Shown here one piece after another: positions 30,133-38,712 of a stretch of DNA of 64,000 bases (positions are counted from its first letter, which is position 1; every line of letters starts with the position of its first letter). Both the position numbers and the translations under genes were made by a program. The stretch comes from an uncultured delta proteobacterium (lineage in GTDB: Bacteria > Myxococcota_A > Polyangia > Polyangiales > Polyangiaceae), in the NCBI GenBank assembly GCA_963716725.1, contig CAVQUB010000003.1, positions 96,001-160,000 on the forward strand, read 5' to 3'. The notes under the pieces are model-generated. The model was not told where the DNA came from. It searched no databases and was given only the letters and a program-made list of their open reading frames with translations.

Positions 30133-31527
30133 TCAGCGCGGCAGCTGGTTCCACTGCCGCGAACGCTCGCGCCACGGCATTGCCTCTTCGAGCTGCCGTG
30201 ACAGGCGCAGCACCACGTCGTCGCGGCCCTGGCGGCCGACGATCTGAACGCCGTAGGGCAGCCGGGAGTCGGAGACGCCCGCCGGGATGCTGGCCGCCGG
30301 TTGTCCGGTCACGTTGAAGGGCGCGGTGAAGCTGCCGAGCGCTGAGATCGCGATGAAGGCCGCCTCGGGTTCGAGCCCGGCAAACGCGCCGACCTTGGGC
30401 GCGTACTGACCCACGGTCGGCGTCAGCAGCACGTCCGCGTCGCCGTGAAACTCGAGCACGCGCTGCAACAACACCTGCTTCAAGCGCTGGGTCTCGGCGT
30501 GGTCGAGCCCGCGCCCCACCTGGCGCAACCAACGGGTCACGGGCTGCAGCACGCTCTCGCTGATGGACGGCACGTTGGCCAACATGCGTTGCCAGAGCGG
30601 AAGGAAGTCCTCGAGTCGGCCTTGCACCATCGGCACTTGCTCCACGCGATGTCCGAAGCCCTCGAGAATGTGCGCTGCGCTCTCGACGGCCGCCGCGATC
30701 TCCGGCTCCACGTGCCCTATCATGGCTTCGGTGCAGAAACGGATCTTCAGTGAGCGCAAGGTCGGCAAGGCCTGCTGGGTGAGGCAGCTGTCTTGCGCAT
30801 AGTGCCTGTGCGTCATGGGGTGACCGCGCATCACGTCCAGCATGGCCGCCGCGTCTGCCACGTCGTGCGTGAGGGGTCCCATGGTGGACAGCGCCAAGGT
30901 GTTCACGCGCCCGTGCAGATTGCCGAGCAGGCTGTGGGTGGGCTTGAAGCCGTAGAGGTGACAGAACGCTGCGGGGATGCGCACCGAGCCGCCGCCGTCG
31001 GAGCCGTGCGCCAGCGGAACGAGCTCCGCGGCCACCGCCGCACCGGAGCCGCCGCTGGAACCGCCAGGGGTGTGCTCGGGGTTCCACGGATTGCGCGTCG
31101 GAGCGTGGATCAAGGGCTCGGTGACGGGCAGCGCGCCAAACTCGGAGGTGGCCGTCTTGCCCAGGACCACGAAGCCGCCGCGCTTGAGCAACTTGGTCAC
31201 CGGTGCGTCGATGGGAGCGCGAAAGTAGCGGAACGCGCGCGAGCCCAGCTGAGTGCGCGTCCCGCGCATGAGCGCCAGGTCTTTGAGCCCGAGGGGAACG
31301 CCGTGGAAGATCGGTAGCTCGTCCGCCGGAGTCGAGCGGCTCTTCTGGTCCTTGCCGCGTGCGGCTCGCAGCGCGCTCGCCTCGAGCACACTCACGAACG
31401 CGCTGTACTTGCCGTCGAGCTGCTCGATGCGCGAGAGGTAGAAGCGGCAGGCTTCTTCGCTGGAGATCTCGCGCTGCCGAATCGCGGCGGCGAGCTCCAG
31501 GGCGGTCATCTTCAATAGCTCGTGCAT
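30133..31527 (-). CDS. Amidase signature family protein
   Basis: GVPLGLKD, GKTATSEFG, TPGGSSGGS, GSDGGGSVRIPA. Confidence 0.95.
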   Translation of the reverse strand: MHELLKMTALELAAAIRQREISSEEACRFYLSRIEQLDGKYSAFVSVLEASALRAARGKDQKSRSTPADELPIFHGVPLGLKDLALMRGTRTQLGSRAFRYFRAPIDAPVTKLLKRGGFVVLGKTATSEFGALPVTEPLIHAPTRNPWNPEHTPGGSSGGSGAAVAAELVPLAHGSDGGGSVRIPAAFCHLYGFKPTHSLLGNLHGRVNTLALSTMGPLTHDVADAAAMLDVMRGHPMTHRHYAQDSCLTQQALPTLRSLKIRFCTEAMIGHVEPEIAAAVESAAHILEGFGHRVEQVPMVQGRLEDFLPLWQRMLANVPSISESVLQPVTRWLRQVGRGLDHAETQRLKQVLLQRVLEFHGDADVLLTPTVGQYAPKVGAFAGLEPEAAFIAISALGSFTAPFNVTGQPAASIPAGVSDSRLPYGVQIVGRQGRDDVVLRLSRQLEEAMPWRERSRQWNQLPR

Positions 31528-31575
31528 TGCGCGTCGCTCTAGCTCGAAGTCGAGCGGGATGCGAGACTCGGCCCC

Positions 31576-32739
31576 ATGAAAGACGGCCTGGGTCCAGCAG
31601 CCGTGCGTCGCCTGGCGGGCGCGCTCCGGAGGTCCGACCCGAGCTTCGACGAGGCCGCCTTCGTGCGCGATGCCTGTCGCGGCCTTGCCCAGCTCGAGCT
31701 CAAAGCGCGCGTGCAGCACGTGATCGATTCTCTCGAGCGCCATCTGTCCGAGAATTTTCCGCGCGCGCTCGAGATCGTGGTGGGCGCGGGCGAGCACCGG
31801 GACAGCGGTGACGCCGACGACCCGCTGCGCGGCTTTGCTTGGTGGCCGCTGATCGACTGGGTCGCGCAAGCAGGCCTGCACGACTTCGATCGTTCCATGG
31901 CCGCGTTGCGCCGGCTGACCGGGTTGTTCTCGGCGGAGTTCGCCGTGCGCCCCTTCCTGGAGCGCTACCCAAAGCGGTCCCTCACGCTGTTGAAGCGCTG
32001 GACGCGAGACGACGACGCAAACGTGCGCCGCTTGGTCTCGGAAGGCACGCGACCGCGATTGCCCTGGGGCAAGCACTTGCAGGCGTTCCGCGAGGATCCG
32101 GGTCCGACGCTGGAGCTGCTCGAGCTCCTGAAGGACGACGAGTCGGAGTACGTGCGCCGCTCAGTCGGCAATCATTTGAACGACATTGGCAAAGACCACC
32201 CGGACCTGCTGCTCGACGTGTGCAGGCGCTGGAACCGTGGAGCCTCGCCGGAACGGCGCTGGATCATCGAGCGCGCAACGCGATCATTGGTCAAGGCGGG
32301 ACACCCTGGAGTGTTCGCGTTGCTGGGGCACACGACCGATCCGAAGGTGAGGCTCTCGGAACTGACCGTCGTGCCAAAGCGCGTGCGCCTGGGCGGCGCC
32401 ATCGAGATCTCGTTCGCGCTCGGGTCGAAGGCCGCGCGCGCCCAGAATCTGGTGGTTGACTACGCGATCTTCCACCAGAAGGCCGACGGCAGCACGAAGC
32501 CCAAGGTGTTCAAGCTGAAGAAGCTCACGCTCGCCGCCGGCGGCAGCGCGGAGATTGAGAAACGGCACGCCTTCCGCGCCATCTCCGCCCGCCGCTACCA
32601 CGCGGGCGAGCACGCCGTGGAGATCTTGGTGAACGGAAAGGCGCTGGGGCGAGCCGGCTTCGTGCTCACTCTGCCGAGCGCGGAGGCTCGATCTCGACCT
32701 GGTACTCGCGCCTCAACCCTGCGCGGGAAGCTCCGCTGA
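31576..32739 (+). CDS. DNA alkylation repair protein (HEAT-repeat glycosylase-like)
   Basis: FSAEFAVRPF, VRRLVSEGTRPRLPW, YVRRSVGNHLNDIGKDHP, KVFKLK. Confidence 0.9.
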   Translation: MKDGLGPAAVRRLAGALRRSDPSFDEAAFVRDACRGLAQLELKARVQHVIDSLERHLSENFPRALEIVVGAGEHRDSGDADDPLRGFAWWPLIDWVAQAGLHDFDRSMAALRRLTGLFSAEFAVRPFLERYPKRSLTLLKRWTRDDDANVRRLVSEGTRPRLPWGKHLQAFREDPGPTLELLELLKDDESEYVRRSVGNHLNDIGKDHPDLLLDVCRRWNRGASPERRWIIERATRSLVKAGHPGVFALLGHTTDPKVRLSELTVVPKRVRLGGAIEISFALGSKAARAQNLVVDYAIFHQKADGSTKPKVFKLKKLTLAAGGSAEIEKRHAFRAISARRYHAGEHAVEILVNGKALGRAGFVLTLPSAEARSRPGTRASTLRGKLR

Positions 32740-33921
32740 CCAGTCGGCCGGAGCGTCTTCGACGGTCAGCGCGAAAAGCGCGGTGTCGCGGATCGTCCCG
32801 GGAGCCTTGGAGACCAAAGTCAGGCGCTCACGCTGGTTCCCGCGCAGCATCTCGAGGGCGCGGTGGTGGCAATAGGGGTTGTTGCCGGTCTTGCCCAGCA
32901 GCGTCGAGCTGGTCCACACGCAGCCGCCCTTACAGGTCTCGGCGTAGTAGCAGGAGCGGCAGTAGCCCCAGAGATCGTCGATGGCGAACTTGCGCGTGAT
33001 GTGCAGCTCCGGAGCCGTGTCCCAGATCTCGCGGATGCTCTTGTCGCGCACGTTGCCGCCGACGTAACCCTGTGACGCCATGGCCGAGCAGCCCTTGATG
33101 TCACCGTTGGCCTCGACGCCCAAGGTCCGCACGCCACCTCCACAGCCGCTCGAGAAGCCGTGGCGCGTGCGATCGGCACGCAGCAGGTGCTCGTAGGGCC
33201 CAAAGTAGCCCACGTTGTTGCCGGGCCAGAGCTTGACGCCTCGCTCGTCGGCGCGCTGCCGCGCTGCCGCGATGCGCGGCATGACCTCCAGGATGTCGTA
33301 GGGCTGGAGCCAGAGATCGTCGGCCTCCGTCGCCCGCCCCATCGGCACCATCAGCTGCACCTGCCAGCCATAGGCGCCTCGATCCGCGATTAGATCCAGG
33401 ATGGCGTCGAGCTCGCGGTAGTTCTTGCGGTTGACCTGGGTGTTGCTGCCGACCGCGACGCCACGCTCGCCGAGCAACTCCATGGCCCGGAGCGCGGAGC
33501 GATGGCTGCCCTTCAGACCGCGCAGGTCATCGTGGGTGGCCTCGAGCCCGTCGCAAGACACGCTCACCGCGGTCACGTCGGCGTCCCGCAGCCCGTCCGC
33601 GAGTTCCGGCGTGATGCCGCGCCCGCCCGTCACCATCGTGCACTCCATGCCGCGCGCCCGGATCGCGCGCACCACGGTCAAGAAGTCGTCGCGCAGGTAG
33701 GCCTCGCCGCCGTGCACGGCGATCTCAGCGGTGCCCATGGCGTGCAGCTGCTCGATCACGTCGAGCGACTCTTCGGTCGTCAGCTCGTTGGGGTGCGCCT
33801 TGCCAGCGCGTGTGCCGCAGAAGCGGCAGTGTTGATCGCAACGCAGCGTGGTCTCCCAAACCACGAGCAGGGGGCGGTAGTCGTGGACGACTTGCAGTCG
33901 GCGAGGCTCGGCGGAAGACAC
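32713..33921 (-). CDS. Radical SAM/SPASM peptide maturase, PlpX (splicease)-like
   Basis: VWETTLRCDQHCRFCGTRAG, WQVQLMVPMGRA, PGNNVGYFGPYE, GC.GG..TLGVEANGDIKGC, LWGYCRSCYYAETCKGGC.WT, GNNPYCHHRAL. Confidence 0.88.
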   Translation of the reverse strand: MSSAEPRRLQVVHDYRPLLVVWETTLRCDQHCRFCGTRAGKAHPNELTTEESLDVIEQLHAMGTAEIAVHGGEAYLRDDFLTVVRAIRARGMECTMVTGGRGITPELADGLRDADVTAVSVSCDGLEATHDDLRGLKGSHRSALRAMELLGERGVAVGSNTQVNRKNYRELDAILDLIADRGAYGWQVQLMVPMGRATEADDLWLQPYDILEVMPRIAAARQRADERGVKLWPGNNVGYFGPYEHLLRADRTRHGFSSGCGGGVRTLGVEANGDIKGCSAMASQGYVGGNVRDKSIREIWDTAPELHITRKFAIDDLWGYCRSCYYAETCKGGCVWTSSTLLGKTGNNPYCHHRALEMLRGNQRERLTLVSKAPGTIRDTALFALTVEDAPADWSAELPAQG

Positions 33922-33967
33922 GCCGGAAGCATACTCGCGGGGCGGCGCTCAGCCCATCTCGACGGCA

Positions 33968-33979
33968 TGACCGTCGTCA
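33968..33979. promoter_or_regulatory. TGAC-N4-GTCA palindrome upstream of the rSAM gene
   Basis: TGACCGTCGTCA about 47 nt upstream of the GTG at 33921; overlaps the SDR stop codon. Confidence 0.5.
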
Positions 33980-34678
33980 GATGTACTGACCAGAATCCAC
34001 GCGGATCACCTCGCCGGTGATGCAGCGTGCGGCGTCGGACAGCAGAAAAGCCACGGCGTTGGCCACATCCCGCGGCGTGGGCAGCTGAGGCAAGACCGCC
34101 TCGGCTTGGGCCTTGTCGCGGAACTCGGCGGGCAACGCCAGGGTCATCTCGGTCAGCACCATGCCCGGCGCGACGGCGTTCACCGTGACGCCCTTGGCGC
34201 CGAGCTCGCGCGCCGCCGCCTTGGTCAAGCCGATCAGGCCGGCCTTCGCCGCCGAATAGTTGGTCTGGCCGAATTTGCCGCGCAGCCCATTGATGCTCGT
34301 CAGGTTCACGATGCGGCCGTGACCCGCGGCGCGCATCCGCGGCGCCAGCGCGCGCACCATGTTGAAAGCACCCGTCAGGTTCACGTCCAAGACAGACTGC
34401 CATTCGTCGTCACTCATCTTGCCGAGGCTCTTGTCGCGGGTGATGCCGGCGTTGTTCACCAGCAACGTGGTGGTGTCGGGCAAGCCCTCGATGGCCGCCG
34501 CGACGGACGCCGCCTGCGCCACGTTCACCTTGCGGAACTCGGCGCCCGCCAGCGCTTCGCCAGGCTCGAGGTCGAAGACAAACACGCGAGCGCCCTGCTC
34601 GAGCAGAAGTTCGGCGATGCTGCGACCAATCCCCCGCGCTGCGCCCGTGACCACCGCTGAACGGCCCGACATCGTCAT
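33977..34678 (-). CDS. SDR oxidoreductase (FabG/acetoacetyl-CoA reductase-like)
   Basis: TGAARGIG, NNAGITRD, GQTNYSAAK, NAVAPG. Confidence 0.93.
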   Translation of the reverse strand: MTMSGRSAVVTGAARGIGRSIAELLLEQGARVFVFDLEPGEALAGAEFRKVNVAQAASVAAAIEGLPDTTTLLVNNAGITRDKSLGKMSDDEWQSVLDVNLTGAFNMVRALAPRMRAAGHGRIVNLTSINGLRGKFGQTNYSAAKAGLIGLTKAAARELGAKGVTVNAVAPGMVLTEMTLALPAEFRDKAQAEAVLPQLPTPRDVANAVAFLLSDAARCITGEVIRVDSGQYI

Positions 34679-35019
34679 GCCCCGCACATGCCGCGGCGGA
34701 CGCGGGAAGTCCACCCTAGCGCGGCAGCGGACGCAGGTAGCTCGGCCGCGCCGGCTCCCAGCGACCGCGCACCCAAACGTAGCGCACACCATCCCAGTGC
34801 CAGTAGCCGCGCACCCAGACCCAGTTCGATCCGAGGGGGGCCTCGGGGGTGGGAATCGGGTCGCGCCTTGGGCGCGCCGCTGGTGAGCTGCCCAGCGTGA
34901 GGCTCGTCAGCGGGCGGCGGCGGCGTCTCCCGCGCCGCCTCGCTGTTCGTGGCGCGGCGCTCGACCCCGGTCACGCACCCGCTGAGGCCGACTGCCACGA
35001 CGAACGAAAACAGGCGCAC
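34675..35019 (-). CDS. Possible small lipoprotein
   Basis: VRLFSFVVAVGLSG-C lipobox; remainder low-information. Confidence 0.35.
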   Translation of the reverse strand: MRLFSFVVAVGLSGCVTGVERRATNSEAARETPPPPADEPHAGQLTSGAPKARPDSHPRGPPRIELGLGARLLALGWCALRLGARSLGAGAAELPASAAALGWTSRVRRGMCGA

Positions 35020-35074
35020 CCCTCCAGGGTAGTGCATCCTCGACGGCGGCCGAAGTCTGTTACGCTCCGCCGCC

Positions 35075-36208
35075 ATGACCGCGTCGCTCTCGGATGCGCT
35101 CGATCGCCTCCCGGCGGATATTCAGGAGCGCCTGCAACGATACGCCTTCGACCGCCCGCGCTTCTTGGGCCTGGCCCAGCGAGTCGCGGGCGGATCCGCG
35201 GACCAAAACCGCGTCCACGGGCAGGTGGATCCACCATCACCGGGCGACGTGCTCGATCTTCCGCCCGCGGGCTCGGCGGATCGAAAGCGCCTCGAGCAGA
35301 TCGGGCTCGAGGCCTTGGCGCAAGGGCAGTGCGCGCTGGTGGTGCTCGCTGGCGGCATGGCGACGCGCATGGGAGGCGTGGTCAAGGCCTTGGTAGAGGC
35401 GGTGCCGGGACACTCGTTCCTCGACCTCCGGCTCGCGGAGCTCGCGCACATCGAGCGGCTGACAGGACGCGCGCCGCCCTTCTGGTTGATGACCAGCGAC
35501 GGCACCGAAGCGCCAACTCGGGCCGCGCTCGGCGCCCGGCTCGACACGGGTCAGATCGCCACCTTCACTCAGCACCTGTCGCTGCGCCTGGAGCCCGACG
35601 GCAACTTGTTCCTTGATCCCGCCGGCAGGCCCAGCCTGCACTCATCCGGGCACGGTGACCTGCCCGACGCGCTACGCGCGAGCGGGCTGATCGGCCGCTT
35701 CGTCGAGAGCGGCGGCCGAGTCGTCACCATGGCGAACATCGACAACCTCGGCGGCACCCTCGATCCGGTGCTGATCGGCTGGCACCTGGATCACGGAAAG
35801 CCCGTGAGCTGCGAGGTCGTGGACAAAGAGCCGAGCGATCGCGGAGGCATCCCCGTGCGTTGGAACGGCCGAGCGGTGGTGCTCGAGGAGTTCCGCCTTC
35901 CCGAGGGCTTCGATCCGACCACGGTCCCGGTCTTCAACACCAACACCTTCCACTTTTCGGCCCGGGCGCTCCTCGAGCTGGCGATGGATTGGACCTTCTT
36001 CGTCGCGCACAAGAAGGTCGACGCTTCCCCCGTGATCCAGTTCGAGCGCCTGATCGGTGAGGTCACCAGTCACCTCGATACGCGCTTCGTGCGCCTCCCG
36101 CGCGACGGCGCGAACTCTCGTTTCTTGCCAGTCAAAGACAACGACGAGCTCGCTCGTCAACGCTCGGCCATCGAGTTGGTGGCCCGGGCGCGAGGAATGC
36201 TCCCATGA
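35075..36208 (+). CDS. UTP--glucose-1-phosphate uridylyltransferase (UDPGP family)
   Basis: LAGGMATRMGG.VK, LMTS, SGHGD, NIDNLG, FNTNTF, RFLPVK. Confidence 0.9.
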   Translation: MTASLSDALDRLPADIQERLQRYAFDRPRFLGLAQRVAGGSADQNRVHGQVDPPSPGDVLDLPPAGSADRKRLEQIGLEALAQGQCALVVLAGGMATRMGGVVKALVEAVPGHSFLDLRLAELAHIERLTGRAPPFWLMTSDGTEAPTRAALGARLDTGQIATFTQHLSLRLEPDGNLFLDPAGRPSLHSSGHGDLPDALRASGLIGRFVESGGRVVTMANIDNLGGTLDPVLIGWHLDHGKPVSCEVVDKEPSDRGGIPVRWNGRAVVLEEFRLPEGFDPTTVPVFNTNTFHFSARALLELAMDWTFFVAHKKVDASPVIQFERLIGEVTSHLDTRFVRLPRDGANSRFLPVKDNDELARQRSAIELVARARGMLP

Positions 36209-38712
36209 GGCTTCGTCCGTTTGGAATACTCAGCTGCCTTTCGCTGGTGTTGGCTGCCGCCGCCGCGCCCGCCCAGGACGTCGTTCAGCGCCCGACTCCC
36301 TTGCCGGCCCTCGGGCGCAGCGTGGCGGGTACCGACGACACGACAGCCTTGGTGCAAAACCCGGCGAACCTCGCGTTTCTGCCGGGCTCCGAGTTTCGGT
36401 GGAGCTCGATCTACCTGGACGAGTCCAACCAGGTGCCGTGGCAAGGCCACGCCTTCGCGCTGGGGTTCCCGCTTCCCTACGTGCCCGTCGCCACGGGCAT
36501 CCGGCTCGATCTCGTCGATCCGCCCTACTCGGCCATCTCGGGACCCTTTGGGCAGTTCAACTACCAGTGGCTGACCTGGGGCGTCGCCGCGGGCTCGGAC
36601 TTCTCGTCGCTCGGGCTCTCACTCCAACGAACCTACTCGGACGCCGCGGTCATGGACGGCCTCTCTTCGTTCACCATCGGCTACAGCGCGCGACCCTTCG
36701 ACCACCTGGCGATGTCGCTGGTCGCCCACGACATCAACAGCCCGACGAACTCCCTCGGTTTCGGCCTCGAGCGGTCCTACGACATCGCGCTCGCGATCCG
36801 CCCCACCGGCTCCCGCGCCCTCGAGGTCGGCCTCGAAGGCAAGTACGTCGATGTTCGCCAGGGGTACTGGACGCCGCGAGCGACACTCGGCATCGACGTG
36901 CCCTATTTGGGGCGCCTTCGTGGCGACTTCTCCATGAGTCGGCCCGAAGAATCTCACCGGCGCGCGTGGCTCGCGTCCGCGAACATGGCCTTCAACGTGA
37001 GCGGAGCTGGGGGCAGCGCCGAGTTTGCCGGTGGCAGCGTGACCGGCACAGGCCTCGGCGAGAAGGGCTCCTACGGCGCCCAGGTCGAGGTCGCGTTCCG
37101 TGGCTTCCGCGAGACCTCGGGCATGGAAGCCCCGCGCTACTCGGTGCGCCTTCGCCTGGAAGAGACGCCCGGGACCCGAGGCCACGTCGCGCTCTTGAAG
37201 CAACTCTGGAGCCTCGCCGAAGAAGACAAGGTCGATGCAGTGGTGCTCGAGCTCCGCAGCTCTCCCGCATCCTCCATGGCCCACGTGCAAGAGCTCCGAG
37301 ACGCCGTGCAGCTCCTGCGCGCGAACGGCAAACGCGTGCTGTGTCACCTCGAAGACGCGGGCGGCTCCGAGCTGTACCTGTGCGCGGCCGCCAACAAGAC
37401 CCTGATGAACCCGGCCGGCGGCTTGCGCTTCGCGGGCCTGAAGTCCCAGGCAATGTACTTTGCGTCGCTGCTCGGCAAGCTGGGCATCCGGGCCGATTTC
37501 GTGCGCATCGGGCAGCACAAGAGCGCCCCCGAGCGGCTCACCCGCGACTCGGCCACCGAGGTCTCGCGAGCAGACAAGATCGATCTCTTGCAGCAGCACG
37601 AACGGCAGCTCGTCGAGGGCGTCTCGCAGGGACGGCGCATCGCCGTGGCTGATCTGCGCAAGCGCATCGCCGGGGGTCCGTACATCGCATCCGAGGCCTA
37701 TACCCACGGCTTGATCGACGGTTATGCCTTCGACGACGAGGTCGGCAGCGCCGTGGACAAGCTCGTGGGGCGCCCGACTGTCCTGATCGACGACGAACGC
37801 GCACCGAGGGCGCCAGCTCGCTTCGGCGTGGGCCGGCGCGTCGCCCTCGTCTACGTCGACGGCGACATGGTCGACGGCAAGAGCAAGACCGTCCCGCTCG
37901 TCGGCATGAAGCTCGCCGGCTCGTACACCATCGCCAAGACCCTGAAAGAGTCACGCGAGAACCCGATGATCGGCGCGGTGGTGCTGCGCATCGAGTCGCC
38001 CGGCGGCTCGGCCATGGCCAGCGACGTGATTTGGCGCGAAGTTCAGCTCACCGCCAAGGTCAAACCGGTGGTCGTCAGCATGGGCGCTTCGGCCGCCAGC
38101 GGCGGCTACTACATCGCTTCGCCCGCGACGCGAATCTTCGCCAACCCGCTCAGCATCACGGGCAGCATCGGCATCTTCTACGGCAAGGCCGACGTGGCCG
38201 AGCTCTTGAAGAAGATCGGCGTCAGCGTCGAGACCTACAAGACGGCTCCGCGCGCCGACGTCGAGAGCATCTACCGCCCCTTCACCGACAGCGAGAAGGC
38301 CGAGCTCCAGAAGAAGGTCGGGCAGTTCTACGACGTGTTTCTGACCCGCGTCTCTCAAGGCCGAAAGCTCGCCAAGCAGGACGTCGACAAGGTGGGTCAA
38401 GGGCGCGTCTGGACCGGTGAGCAGGCGCTGAACCGAAAGCTGGTGGACGAGCTCGGCGGCCTGCGCCAAGCGCTGGCCCACGCGCGAAAGCTCGCCGGTC
38501 TGCCCGACCACGCGCAAATCCTCGAGCTTCCGCCGCCGGACCAGTCGCTGGTGGGCAAGCTGCTCGGGCTCGAGGGCGTGGGCGCCCGCGCCGGCGCCGA
38601 AGCCATCTTGCCAGGAGAGATCGTGGATCTCGCGCGGGCCCTTGCGCCCTTCACGGTGCACGCGCCGGACAAGCCCCTCGCACGCATGGAGTTCTTGCCG
38701 GTGAAGCCGTGA
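36205..38712 (+). CDS. sppA: Signal peptide peptidase SppA (S49) with N-terminal beta-barrel-like domain
   Basis: IGQHKSAPE, LRIESPGGS, SMGASAASGGYY, TGSIGI, GRVWTGEQA; N-terminal TALVQNPANL followed by beta-strands. Confidence 0.9.
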   Translation: MRLRPFGILSCLSLVLAAAAAPAQDVVQRPTPLPALGRSVAGTDDTTALVQNPANLAFLPGSEFRWSSIYLDESNQVPWQGHAFALGFPLPYVPVATGIRLDLVDPPYSAISGPFGQFNYQWLTWGVAAGSDFSSLGLSLQRTYSDAAVMDGLSSFTIGYSARPFDHLAMSLVAHDINSPTNSLGFGLERSYDIALAIRPTGSRALEVGLEGKYVDVRQGYWTPRATLGIDVPYLGRLRGDFSMSRPEESHRRAWLASANMAFNVSGAGGSAEFAGGSVTGTGLGEKGSYGAQVEVAFRGFRETSGMEAPRYSVRLRLEETPGTRGHVALLKQLWSLAEEDKVDAVVLELRSSPASSMAHVQELRDAVQLLRANGKRVLCHLEDAGGSELYLCAAANKTLMNPAGGLRFAGLKSQAMYFASLLGKLGIRADFVRIGQHKSAPERLTRDSATEVSRADKIDLLQQHERQLVEGVSQGRRIAVADLRKRIAGGPYIASEAYTHGLIDGYAFDDEVGSAVDKLVGRPTVLIDDERAPRAPARFGVGRRVALVYVDGDMVDGKSKTVPLVGMKLAGSYTIAKTLKESRENPMIGAVVLRIESPGGSAMASDVIWREVQLTAKVKPVVVSMGASAASGGYYIASPATRIFANPLSITGSIGIFYGKADVAELLKKIGVSVETYKTAPRADVESIYRPFTDSEKAELQKKVGQFYDVFLTRVSQGRKLAKQDVDKVGQGRVWTGEQALNRKLVDELGGLRQALAHARKLAGLPDHAQILELPPPDQSLVGKLLGLEGVGARAGAEAILPGEIVDLARALAPFTVHAPDKPLARMEFLPVKP

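Noticed and set aside
30133..32739. Amidase and alkylation-repair genes as tailoring or resistance parts of the rSAM system
   Set aside because: Both are widespread stand-alone families, I saw no copy of the shared upstream palindrome before them, and nothing beyond proximity links them.
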